Positions 37,391-48,930 of a stretch of DNA of 64,000 nt are shown here, piece by piece. Within the stretch, counting starts at the first letter, position 1. Every line of letters starts with the position of its first letter. Under the pieces are notes generated by a model. It was not told the origin of the DNA and ran no database searches. It was given only the letters and a program-made list of their open reading frames with translations. This stretch comes from Albugo candida (Eukaryota). A program made the position numbers and the translations under genes. The stretch spans positions 248,001 through 312,000 of the forward strand of contig JBDOQK010000016.1 in NCBI GenBank assembly GCA_040437565.1. Reading direction: 5' to 3'.

Positions 37391-39874
37391 TTTTCTGACT
37401 CTGCACAAGCTCTTAACTCTGTCTACGTACCCGACCGATATTTGGTTGTTCGTATGGCGATTCTTGGAGCTCCAGTATATATCCATAAAGTTTATGCTAC
37501 GGTGAATCCAGCGGAACGCAAAACATTTTTCGATCAACTTCCAACGGGACCTTTTGAACACAGCGCGACGCACATCGTTTGTGGCGATTTGAACACAGCC
37601 TTGTGTCCCAGTTTGGATTGCTCCAGTGGTGTACATAGGCACAAGACAAGTCGCCTCTCATGTTTGGAATGGCTTTCCAACTTGGCTGTGCTGGATGTTT
37701 GGCGTCAACATCATCCTGAAGCATGTATCTTTACTGGCCCCCAACCCAGAAAAAACTGGCTGGATTACATCCTTTCGTCGGAACCTCTTTTCCAGTCAGT
37801 TTACAAGGAGTCCAGTTACGTTTCACTCCCACGGACGGGTGATCATCTGGCTCATGTTGTAAAGTTCGCGAATCCATCTCAGCTCCAAGGTCGTGGTTAT
37901 TGGAAATGTCCTTTATCATTATTCGACTATCCAGTAATCAAAGAAGCGATCGAGGAGGAGGCGGATCGTATCTTAACAAAACTTCGTGTTTCTTCTCATN
38001 NNNNNNNNNNNNNNNNNNNNNNNNNNNNNNNNNNNNNNNNNNNNNNNNNNNNNNNNNNNNNNNNNNNNNNNNNNNNNNNNNNNNNNNNNNNNNNNNNNNA
38101 TTCCGTCAGTGGTTTCGTCGGGCCAGAACAGTTCGTGGAAGATTACTGGTGGCACAAACTATGGTTTATCACGTTTATGGCACTTTACAACTCATTTGAA
38201 CATTCCGCAATATATACTTCGCCGGTGGCAGTCGACGCTTAATCGATTTGTTTTGAGGCGGAAGTATAAGCGAGAACTGAAGAAACAACGCTTTCGGTTT
38301 TTACAACAATTTCTATTGAATTCCAGAACAGCTTTACCCAGCAACTGGACACTTACTGGATTGGGGATCACTCGATGCATCTAGCCCGATTTTGGGCCAT
38401 ATCGATCACTCGATATGCTCTCGATATCACCACGTCGGCATAGCACTATGGTGCATTGGAATATAGCGTCATCATGGTGGCAGACATGTATTTGGTTTCA
38501 CCAAAGTCGGTGAGATCTTACCAGCAACGACCTATCACAGCAAGAGAGATTTTCCACGCTGTTGGATGCCCCCCTATGGTTTCATATCGACCCTCGGCTT
38601 CACTTTGAGAAGAGGCAACGGTCAACAAGTGTCTCTGCTCATCGACGATGTTTGGCAATAGTACCCGAACCAGCGAGCAGCCTTCGGATGCGCTTCGCTC
38701 AAGTATTTCACAACCGGTCCCTACGCGACTTGTTTGGTGGAAGAACGGACTGTTTCGCCTCTGATCTCGAATTCATTTTGCGTTATAGTACAACGGAGGT
38801 TGGGAAGCCGTCCGATCAGTCTCAATCGAAGTTTTTACGCCGGTTGTACTTCGAAGCAACGAAAATTCTTCGAAGAGCTCAACCAGTTGGAGTATTATAC
38901 TGTCCCGAAAGGGAAATAACACGGGCATTTCCGGCTCACTTTGGCATTCAACTTTCGGACAGAAAGTTTTTCTTTCCGCTGATTCCTCGGAACCAACTGT
39001 ATCGCGTCGTGGGGAAGGCACCGCCACCGGATAAATCACACCCACTGTTGCTTCACGTATCAGAACGTGATCGAAGTGGGACGTCAACATGGGTGAAAGA
39101 TTTTTACAAGTTATTCAAACGTCTTCGCAGACGTTTGCTACCGATCTATTCAGATGTCCAGTTCCGACTATCTTTCTGTATCCTACCAGTTCGAGCACGA
39201 TTTTGATTTTTACAACAATCACATCCAGAAATCATCCTTGCACTCAGAAGCAGTGTGGTGATGTCGAAAGTTACCAGAATTGTTTTCTCGATTGCAGCAG
39301 GACAAGTCCAATTTGAGAGGGGCTCTTTCCGTCGTGAAATTTTTTCTTCTCTGTTCGATCACGATGGTCACACATCGCGTGTGCACGGATTCCTTCACTT
39401 CGTGATGCGTGGAAACCTTTTAGAGTGGTGCTGGAGGATCTCTGGTTTACATTAGTCGCGGTCGCGATTCATTTTATTTCGCACGGATCGGAATCGCAGA
39501 CTTTTGCTCACGGCACTTCAACACCTACTGCACCTGCTGTTTCGGTGATTTATAGCACCCTGAGTGACCATATTCAATATTTTCAACGGCAGTGCTATGC
39601 TACGGAGCATCTAAAGCACTTGACAAAAGGGTTAGTCATATCAACATACTGCTTCAGCACGGAAATATTTCTCTGCACGGCCCGATCTTCTTCACCTTCG
39701 GCGACGCTAAGAATTTTCAGTCGCTCATGAGAAGCGTTTCTCTTCAACACACCTTATTTCCACTCCGCTGAAGTTCGGTTTGGATTTAAACTTGCATTTA
39801 ATTTTGTTTATTATTGTAGTTAGGCATTAGATCAATCATTTACGTCTACTTCCAGTAATATAGACAACTTCAAC
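37391..39874 (+). mobile_element. tRNA-associated LINE copy 3, 3' part (APE endonuclease, post-RT region, Cys finger, 3' UTR); inside the inversion
   Basis: HIVCGDLN, DVWRQHHP, LDYIL, GDHLA and GRGYWK; CTQKQCGDVESYQNCFLDC; ends TAGACAACTTCAAC. The RT core is probably hidden in the N gap. Confidence 0.85.
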
Positions 39875-39888
39875 TAGGCCACAAGGAC
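39875..39888 (-). repeat. tRNA-Arg nt 1-14 copy (TSD between copies 3 and 4)
   Basis: TAGGCCACAAGGAC is the reverse complement of GTCCTTGTGGCCTA. Confidence 0.9.
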
Positions 39889-39890
39889 AG

Positions 39891-42555
39891 ACTTCTCAAT
39901 TTGCCGAGTAGTACGTACCTCTCAAAAAACAGCAACACCGCCTTTCTGGTTAACCACTGAACTTTCAACCCTTTCCTGTCGAAGACAAATCGTTTTTATC
40001 GACATTTCCAGCTTACCGATCGTGACATCGCCAGATGTTGATAACAGGTCTCCGCGCAACTTGTCCGCTAGTGACTCGAGGGTCTGCCCTCCCCTCGCCT
40101 ATACCGTCAGACCCTTCCCCGTTTGAAGTGGTTATTGGCCAATCAGAGGCCGATATGGATGACGCCTTACCGTCAGCACCTTGGGAACCGGTTGAGCAAA
40201 CAAAGAAAACCGGAAATCGGCCAAGTCTCGCCGATATCTTGAAAGGGCACGAAGAGCTTCGAAAGGATTGGGTTCGAACGTAGGCCCAATTTAAGGTCGA
40301 AATACTGAAACCGTTGGCAGCGGATCTTCTTGCTATCGAACAACTATTTAAGGGCGGACGGCCGAGTTGGGAGGTTTTGTCTGCTAGCCTGGAAGCAGCG
40401 AACCGTTCTCAATATCCGTATCCAAGTATGCAATCTTCTTTGAAATGGGTCAAGATCTGATTCGGACACCACCGGCCCGAATGCTACGTTCCTTTGCTCA
40501 GGATCAAGCCAATGCAGTTCTCATAAGACTCTTTGAACAAAAGAAATTCGGCCATTTGGCAAAGTTACCTAGGGTAATTTGCGGTCTTTGGTCACAAGTG
40601 AAGAAGTGTGACAGAAGCTGGCACAAAAAAAGGTCACAATACCGGGCAACTAGTATTTACTTCGAGCATATGATATGTTCGGGTCCAATTCTTTCCTGGA
40701 AATCTTCTCATTAAACCGAAAATTTGTCCATCGAGCATCGCATAGGCATTGTATTCGTTAGGATGCAACATACTCTATGCTCATTATCGTGAAGAAGTGG
40801 CTTCACAGAGCATAGCAGTGTCGACGTGGTGAGTGTATATCCACTCTACAGTCCCGCTGGTCGTGTGAGGAAAAGTCTTCGAGAAAATATCGAGGGGAGT
40901 TACAATCTTGCTCGTAGAAAAGGAGCTCAACTCTCTTATGAACGATTACGTATGGAGCAGCGCAGTCCGTACTGCTTACAATTGTCCGTGACAACTTTGG
41001 ATTCGCCCAAAGCGATAAAAGCCAAAGCGGTGAGTAAACAGCCGCCGCAAGCAAAAGCTAAGAAGAAATTAGCACCAATACACCTTTGAAACGTTCTGAA
41101 GATGTCTTTATGGAAGACAAAGACATTTCTACTCCGTGGAAAACATTTCCGGTGAAAACGGGCTTTCTATACTTCTCCACTGACTCATCCCTCCTTTTTG
41201 ACGAAACAAAAGAAGTAGACGTCCCTGGAACACCGGAACAACATGAACCGCAAAAGAAGGCTACTTATCACCCAAATCCCTGTTTTTGGAAGCTTTTTCT
41301 CCCACGTAACAAACGTAATCGTTCGCTCGATATTTTACAAAAGCGTGGATAGGAAGGCTCCACGTCAAAAGCTGGAAGGCCTTGCTACGAGTTATTATTT
41401 TGACGTCCTTCAAACTATCGACATGGAGTACGCCAAAAGCTATGTAACAAACCACTCGGAGCATGGAAGACGATTTCAAATCGTCCCTCCACTGTAGTGG
41501 CGAGCAAAGCAGTCGCAAGTCCAAGCAGGCTACTCATTTTTCTTCACCGAAAATGTGTCGACGGCAGTGGCTTCCATCAAATCAGACATGCTCCTACGGG
41601 AGGATTTGCACGTATCCAAAGCAGAAAAACACCTGGATTTTACCCCCAATGATGATAATATTCTTAAATTTGCTTCCAAACACCCGATTGCGCTGTACTG
41701 ACTGCTTAATCGGAGTGTGAGGGCCAATGATCCCAAGTTGGCCGAACTAGTGTAGGTAAGCAGAATCAATCTCGTTCTTGCAGCTTCGGATCCATGTTCA
41801 GAGACACCATTTATCATCAATTGGTCCAAGAAAATGGGGGGGAGGGAATTCCTACAAATCGGGAAGATATGTTCGATTCAGTCGCGCAATGGTGGAAAGA
41901 TTCCTCCAAATCGACGACGTGCTCCGAGTGCGCAACTCTCGCTATCTTTGAGCTAATGCTCCTATGCACAGCTCCAACGATGTTCAAGAATGACCATTGG
42001 ATTCAACACAGTGATAGTTAGGCCGTCATTCGGATTTTTGTGCATCACTGCAGATTGCTTGACGCGGATAATTTGCTTCGGGTCTTGCGCTCTCCATTGG
42101 GAACGCTCTGCCTAAGCGAATGGTTTTACGCACAATGAGAAATCCCACTTTTTGGCGACATGGAAGTTCTTCAATTATCGAAGCTCTACTTCTTTTAGGA
42201 TGCATCTATTTTGCAACTGAGAGAAGTGGAGGGAACAACAGCTAGTCGCTGGTGCTCTTTTAGTTCAGTATTAGGGGAAGCTCATAGGAGACCATCTCGT
42301 GGAAGAACAAGACCATTCTTTCCGTTTATATGAACGGAATTATAAAGAATTGCCACCTTTTGATACAGCACATGCTATCGAACTACGCCATTTGTTGCGT
42401 ACAAGAAACTCAATTTCGCGACCGTCAACACCTAGAGACTTTTCAGTTTCACTTGGCTTCCAAATTCAAACATCATCTTTTTCTCAGTCATTCGAATAGT
42501 CTTCACTCTCAACCCCATTCGGGAAAGAGTAAACGGAGTATTGAAAATTATTCGC
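39891..42555 (+). mobile_element. tRNA-associated LINE copy 4 (5' UTR, decayed ORF1, start of endonuclease; 3'-truncated)
   Basis: Starts ACTTCTCAATTTGCC; NRPSLADILKGHEELRKD matches ORF1 of the other copies; ICCVQETQF endonuclease motif; many stops. Confidence 0.85.
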
Positions 42556-43601
42556 TCCCCAGTGATAGCACAATTGAACATGAAAGATGCTCCCAACGTG
42601 GTCGGGATGAGAAGAATGGATCCCAAGTGCAGAGTTACTCTATCCATGATTGTGCCATGTGATCGCACTCGAGAAAAAGATCTTGATCGGATTCACTGCG
42701 CCACACAAAGGCTGCGTGAACAATATAATGTAGTTCTAAATATCCGTGAGGCCAGACGAGACTACAGTTCTTCGAAAGTGGTATGACACATTCCGAAGAT
42801 GCCGTTGTGTAGCCATAAATGTTCGAACTGGGTATGTATCTGTTGCGTCCGTTCTCTCCCATGATGACCTATGTGTTGACAATGGTTGGTCCGGGAGGCT
42901 TACATACGATACATGAGAGTTGAGAGCGTGGAATAGATGGGAACATGCTTACTCTACTGCTTCGTACTCCCACATAAAACGATCTGCCACGTTCATTTCG
43001 TTCAATCCAAGTGATGAGACAAATCGTCTAGTGGATACGCTGTAGTATCTGAGTGACTTCAGTGCAAGGGCGACTCAGTGACTTTCTTTCAGCCATATCC
43101 GATGTACACAGATCTTTGTCGATGTAATATATGTCGACGAAAGCTTCTTCCGTTGGCCATGTGTCGTAGTCTCGAAAAATGTCTTGAAGGCTTCAAAGCT
43201 CGAAAGCTGTAGCGGAAAAATCTCCACTAAAAATTATGCGATATGGTTCGTTCATCATGACAAGATTGTACCAAAACATGTGCGTTCTCTGTTTACAAGT
43301 AGAAGCTTCATAATGTAATTCTTGGTTGCAGTGGAGCCACATCGGTTATTTATGTAGTAGTTACGGCGTCGTAGAATATTCAAATCTGTAATTGTTATGC
43401 TCCAATCCATCTAATGCCACATTATGAATGCGTGTTTCCACCAAAAAGATTTGCTCTACCATTGTACCATTTTGCCATATCGACGGGGTGCGCTGCTGAA
43501 TATATTCATCGGCTTGTGTGGCTTAACGGAAGGTTGATAAGTCAATGCGCAGGAAAAATCGTCGTCGCATCGGATGCGAACTGCTGGAGAAATTGGATGT
43601 T
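42556..43601 (-). mobile_element. Degenerate LINE 'B', 3' part (continuation of 32530-33746, inverted)
   Basis: The minus strand reads IQFLQQF, APRRYGKMVQW, PMWLHCNQELHYE and ESDQDLFLEC. These parallel copy 3 (FRFLQQF, SPRRHSTMVHW, PLWFHIDPRLHFE, ESYQNCFLDC). Confidence 0.75.
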
Positions 43602-43606
43602 GTAGC

Positions 43607-43838
43607 TGTCGTAAACACCGCAGGGAATAGGAAGTGCCTTTACTGAAGGGAGGAAAAAATAGAAGCAAGAATATTATTCATGACTGTTAATTTCTCTTCC
43701 TACGGCCTTTATTGGTTACGAAACCACCGCATCGGGACAGTACATAGCGAAAGATATACGAGACCACTATTTAGATCCTGGGATCGTTTTCACAAAACGT
43801 CCGACGGATCGCAAGTGTGAAGTCGTTACTTTCCAACA
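43607..43838 (-). repeat. Copia 3' LTR
   Basis: TG...CA, 232 bp; follows the PPT and is followed by GCTAC on the minus strand. Confidence 0.9.
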
Positions 43839-44960
43839 CTCCTTCCTCACGGCGCCGTTTTTTTGTTACCTCAATTCATGTCCTGATTCTTGCTAGTTTC
43901 GCGTATCAGCAACATAGTCCCATCAATAGTTGTAGTCGAATAGCGCTAAATGACTTCGTGACCAAGTCAGCTACCATCTCTTCGGTGGGCACATAACATA
44001 GCTTTACGATGCCCTTTTTAGCACAATCTTTGATGAACTTGAACTTAATGTCGATGTGCTTGGATCGCGTCGAGCTTTCTTCGTTTTCCATCTGTCGGAT
44101 AACTGCTTGGCTGACTATCTCCATCTGCATAGGTCATTGCACGTTTATCCCCAGTTCAACAATTAGCTCGCGTAATCCTAGGAGCTCTTGATCGGCATGT
44201 GAAGCCGAGTGAACTCGGCTTCCATAGTCGATAGCGATACTGATACTTGCTTCCGGCATGTCCAGCCTACTATCATGATACCCACACGAAAGATCGCTCC
44301 GCTTACCGACTTGCGGCTAATCTTGTCCCCTGCAAAGTCCGCATCGCATACGCTTGAAAGTTGCACAGTAGTGATTTGCTAAGCCTGTTTCTGTCCAAGC
44401 TGAAACTTGACGTTCTTGGTTCCTTTGAAAACCTGGCAATTATTTTGCTCGTGTTTCATTCGCTTACCGTAGGAGCATGGGCCCGACGCGTAGCTCGCTG
44501 CACCGCATACGCAATGTCCGGTCGTGTGCATCGAGCCAACCATAAAAGTGATCCCACGATTGACTGAAGTTGTTTTAGTGATGCTGATCCGACTGGCCCA
44601 TCCACGGGCAGGATCGGGTCGGCTTCCCACATGTCAGTATCATGATCGAGCCCTATGGGTGTCATCACGTGTTGTGCATCTTGTAGGCCGAACTTCGAAT
44701 TGTAGCTCATCTATCATTTTGTTCTTGGTCAATTCTATAACCAAATTCCGGGGAATGAGTCGGTCGCATTCCTAGAAACTTGCTTACGACGCCCAAGGCC
44801 TTGATCTGGAGCGCTACCAATTGTTTAAACACATAATCCACTCATGTCCCGGTCACCAGAAAATCGTCAACATATACTCCGACGACAGCCTTTCCATCGT
44901 GATCTCTTTTATAGTAGAGGCACGAGTCTGCGACACATTGTACGAATCCGATACGAACCA
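43607..44960 (-). mobile_element. Ty1/Copia 3' part (RT, RNase H, PPT, 3' LTR), inverted
   Basis: DSCLYY..GVYVDDFLVTG; CTRPDIAYAV; DADFAGDKISRKSVSG; RSKHIDIK; PPT GAGGAAGGAG at 43839-43848. Confidence 0.9.
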
Positions 44961-46761
44961 GGAAAATCTTGACGAATAATTGTCATAACCCCGTTTACTC
45001 GTTCCCTAACGGGATGAGAGGGAAGACTATTCGAGTCACTGACAAAAAGATGATGTCGGAATTTGGAAGCCAAGTGAAACTGAAAAGTCTCCAGGTGGTG
45101 ACGGTCGCGAAAATGAGTTTCTTGTACGCAACAAATAGCGTATTTCGATGTGTGTGTTGTATCAATAGATGACCATTCTTATTGAATCCAATTGTATTTA
45201 CGGAAAGAATGGTTTCATTTGTCCACGAAAGAATGTCCGTTGAGCTGCCCTTAGTATTGAACTGAAAGGGGTCCAACGACGAGTTTTTTAACTCCGTCTT
45301 CCTCCTTCAGCTGTAGTATGGAAGCTTCGTCGGTAAGAAGAAGGGTCGACGACTGTAACTGCACCAAGTCATCGAAAATTGNNNNNNNNNNNNNNNNNNN
45401 NNNNNNNNNNNNNNNNNNNNNNNNNNNNNNNNNNNNNNNNNNNNNNNNNNNNNNNNNNNNNNNNNNNNNNNNNNNNNNNNNAGTAGCTGTTACCGAGAAT
45501 CCTTACTTTTTCATTGGCCAATCTCTGGCAGACTTCCTCTTCGGTAAAAAGTAGTCTCAAATTACCACCAGGTAATTTTGCCAATTGGCCAATTTTTCCA
45601 GTTTCAAAAAGCTCGTCGACTATCACATTACCATGATCTCGAACAACTTCTCAATTTGCCGGCTACTAAGTAACCCGCCAATTTAGTAAAACAACTCGAA
45701 AAACAACCTTTATCAACTCCTTCTTCTCGAAAACAATGGTTCAAGTCGACATATCGACACAACCAAGGGTGCTAGCGTCCACTTGTAGTGACGTGGCAAC
45801 CCTCATGAGTCACCCTGTTTTGGGTGATTGTATGATTGTTGATCAGTCATCACCCCTGTGTGATGACGTGGAAAGTACCCCCACCCCCAGNNNNNNNNNN
45901 NNNNNNNNNNNNNNNNNNNNNNNNNNNNNNNNNNNNNNNNNNNNNNNNNNNNNNNNNNNNNNNNNNNNNNNNNNNNNNNNNNNNNNNNNNATAGCCTAGG
46001 CAACTAGAGAAGTCAGTTAGTCTAATTCTAGTAATATAGACACCTTCAACTGATCTCGAACAAAAGATTGCAAAATGTGCGCTGGTGGGGTTCGAACCAG
46101 CGCTTGTCCAGTCTCCAAAACAACCGAGAATTTGGCGCTCGGTAATACGAAAGGTTTGGCTACAGTTAAGTGAGCAGACAAAACCTCCCAACTTGGACGG
46201 CCCTCTTCGAACAGCTTTTCAATTGTGCGTAGATCCGACGCTAAAAGCTTGGGCATTTCAACCTTCCAGGTTGCTTTTTGAGCCGCTTTATCCTTGCGGA
46301 TTTCCTCATGACCCTTCAGAATATCAGCGAGACTTGGCCGATTACCGGTTTTCTTTCCTTGCTCAACCGGGCTCCGAGGTGCTGACGGCAACGCGTCATC
46401 CACCTCTATTGCGACCGGCTGATTGGCAGGAATCGGATTGGGAGAGAGAGGTGTCTCAATCTCCATATCGGCCTCTGATTGGCCAATTACCACATCAGCC
46501 GGTAAAGGGTTGGACGGGATAGGTGAGGACGTGGGCGCATCCTTTACAGGTAACGGGTCAATAACGGACGAGTTACGAAGAGACAAGTTACCCACATCCG
46601 GTGATGTAACGGACAAGTTGTTTGGATACGGGTGGTCAGCATCCGGTGAGGTGACGGTAGGAAGGCTTGAGATGTCGATAGAAACCATTATCTTCGACAG
46701 GGTAGAAAGTTTGCTGTATTCTATTTGGCAGGTACGTAAAAGCTGGCAAATAGAGAATTGT
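44960..46761 (-). mobile_element. tRNA-associated LINE copy 3, 5' part (ORF1, start of endonuclease), interrupted by copy 5
   Basis: ORF1 MVSIDISSLP..NRPSLADILKG..QSFVRD continues as HGNVIVDELFETGKIGQLAKLPGGNLR after the nested insert. Endonuclease start ILSVNTIGF..NGVMTIIRQDFPG. Confidence 0.85.
45646..46050 (+). mobile_element. LINE copy 5, off-target and nested antisense in ORF1 of copy 3 (body collapsed in the N gap)
   Basis: Begins ACTTCTCAATTTGCC and ends TAGACACCTTCAAC. TGATCTCGAACA is repeated at 45634-45645 and 46051-46062. ORF1 start MVQVDIS at 45736. Confidence 0.85.
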
Positions 46762-46775
46762 GTCCTTGTGGCCTA
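46762..46775 (+). repeat. tRNA-Arg nt 1-14 copy (TSD between copies 2 and 3)
   Basis: GTCCTTGTGGCCTA, identical to 48685-48698. Confidence 0.9.
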
Positions 46776-47346
46776 GTTGAAGCTGTCCAGATTACTAGAA
46801 TTAGACGTAAATGACTTCTCTAATGCCTAAACTACAATAAATAAACAAAATGAATGCAATGTTGGTCTAGAAAGCCGCAGCTAGGTTCAGCGACTGGAAT
46901 AAGATAGTACTGTGTNNNNNNNNNNNNNNNNNNNNNNNNNNNNNNNNNNNNNNNNNNNNNNNNNNNNNNNNNNNNNNNNNNNNNNNNNNNNNNNNNNNNN
47001 NNNNNNNNNNNNNNNGAAATTGAAGTGGGAGAGGGAGGCGTCTCAATCTCCATAGCGTTCCCTGATTGGCCAATTACCTCAGCAGACGTCGTGACAGAGG
47101 CCAACGGTAGAGTTGTGCCAGTGGATGTACTTTCCGCCGGCAACGTGCCCGTGACGGACAAGCTACATGTAGACGTACTAGCCACATCAGGCGATGTAAC
47201 AATTGGGAAGCTGGAGATGTCGACAATAACCATCGTCTTCGACAAGAAAAGGGAAGCTTGCGTGTTATTCTGAACAGGCGGTTTGGCTGTATTCGTTAAT
47301 GCAGCGTACGTGTCTGGGATGCGCTGTAGCCGGCTGAGTAAGAAGT
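46776..47346 (-). mobile_element. tRNA-associated LINE copy 2 (both ends visible, body in the N gap)
   Basis: 5' ACTTCTTACTCAGCC; ORF1 MVIVDISSFPIVTSPDV; conserved 3' end ..TGGACAGCTTCAAC; tRNA 5' fragments on both sides. Confidence 0.85.
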
Positions 47347-47361
47347 GTCCTTGTGGCCTAA
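47347..47361 (+). repeat. tRNA-Arg nt 1-15 copy (TSD between copies 1 and 2)
   Basis: GTCCTTGTGGCCTAA, identical to 48685-48699. Confidence 0.9.
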
Positions 47362-48684
47362 GTTGAAGGTGTCTATATTACTAGAATTAGACGTAAATGA
47401 CTTCTCTAAATGCCTAAACTACAATAAATAACATATAATACATGCAGATGTGNNNNNNNNNNNNNNNNNNNNNNNNNNNNNNNNNNNNNNNNNNNNNNNN
47501 NNNNNNNNNNNNNNNNNNNNNNNNNNNNNNNNNNNNNNNNNNNNNNNNNNNNACAAATTTGTTCGCAAACTTTTCCAGCCACGACCAGAGGTTTAGGACA
47601 TGACGTGGAGCGAAAATACACTCTCCACGTAGACATGGTTAGCCGTTTAGAAGCTACAGCTTCACGAAAGTTTTCATACAAAACATCGCAGCCAAGACGA
47701 TGCAGTGCTGATGCAACTGTTATTGTGGACATTTCCGGTCCAATTCCGAAAACGTCCATGAAGTAGCGTGACCCGAGCACATCGAACTCTCGGAAGGAGT
47801 ACTGGTTCCCCATGAGGGAAACCGTCTCATGAGCCAACTTCTGGCAAACTTCCTCGCTCGTGACGAGAAGGCGTAAATTACCTCCAGGCAATTTAGCCAG
47901 TTGGCCAATTTTCCCCGCATCAAATAACTCGTCAAGGATCTTGTTCCCATGATCTCTAACGAACGATTGTAGGATTTGGGCGGGTGGTGAGCGTACAAAA
48001 GTTTGTCCCGTCTCCAGGACAATCGAAAACTTTGCACTTGGTAGCATAAACGGCTTTGCTGCCGCCAAGTGTACAGCCAAAACATCCCAGGACGGACGTC
48101 CGTCTTGAAAGAGTTGTTCGATAGCACGCAGATCTGATGCTAAAGGTTTTGGCATTTCAACCTTCCACTTCGCTTTTTTTACAGCTTTGTCCTTGCGTGC
48201 TTCTTCTTGACCTTTCAAGATTTCGGCTAAACTTGGACGATGGTCGGTTTCACACGCCGTTTCAACCGGTTTCGAAGCTGATGACGCGGTGTTGTCATCA
48301 ACCTCCATTGGCACCGGCTGATTGGCAGAAATTGGAGTGGCAGAGAGAGGCGTCTCTATCTCCATCTCGGTCTCGGATTGGCCAATAACCCCAGCGGACG
48401 TGGTAGAGTCCGACGGTAGAGGTGTGCGGGTAGCTGTACTTTCCGCCGGTAACGTGTCAGTAACGGACACATTACATCGGTAACGTGTCAGTAACGGACA
48501 CATTACATGTAGAAGTACTACTCACATCAGGCGATGTAACGATAGGTAAGCTGGATATGTCGATAGTAACCATTGTCTTCGACAGGAAAGGGTGGAAAAG
48601 TGCGTGTTTTGCTGAAAAGGCGCTTTGTTGTATTCGTTTTGCATTTTGTTTTGGATATATGTAGTAGCCGGCGAATTGAGAAGT
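47362..48684 (-). mobile_element. tRNA-associated LINE copy 1, abutting tRNA nt +1 (ORF1 visible, rest in the N gap)
   Basis: 5' ACTTCTCAATTCGCC; ORF1 from ATG 48573 (MVTIDISSLPIVTSPDV..RPSLAEILKG..GQLAKLPGGNLR); 3' end TAGACACCTTCAAC. Confidence 0.88.
48447..48508. repeat. 31-bp perfect tandem duplication that frameshifts LINE copy 1 ORF1
   Basis: CGGTAACGTGTCAGTAACGGACACATTACAT x2. Confidence 0.9.
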
Positions 48685-48757
48685 GTCCTTGTGGCCTAAT
48701 GGATAAGGCATCGCCCTCCGAAGGCGGAGATTGAGGGTTCGAGTCCCTTCAAGGACT
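48685..48757 (+). tRNA. tRNA-Arg, anticodon CCG
   Basis: Acceptor stem GTCCTTG/CAAGGAC; D arm GCCT/AGGC; anticodon arm TCGCC-CTCCGAA-GGCGG; T arm GAGGG-TTCGAGT-CCCTT; 73 nt. Confidence 0.95.
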
Positions 48758-48930
48758 ATTGATAGCAATAACTGGAGTGTTTAATACATCTGCAACTTAA
48801 TTGTACAAAGTACCTGCATCCACTACTGGCCTAACGCCACACAAGGAATCCGATCTAGAGGCATTATCTTGCCTCCATCACCATTTCATTCGTAAGGTAC
48901 TTGTATCTGACCTAACCAAATTGTAATTTT

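Noticed and set aside
46762-48699. tRNA fragments read as an LTR primer-binding site, SINE heads or a CRISPR-like repeat
   Set aside because: They match the tRNA 5' end rather than the 3' end, have no B box, are absent from the off-target copy, and separate kb-scale LINEs.
48472-48768. 98-aa minus-strand ORF
   Set aside because: Read-through of the antisense tRNA into the LINE 5' UTR and ORF1 start; not a gene.
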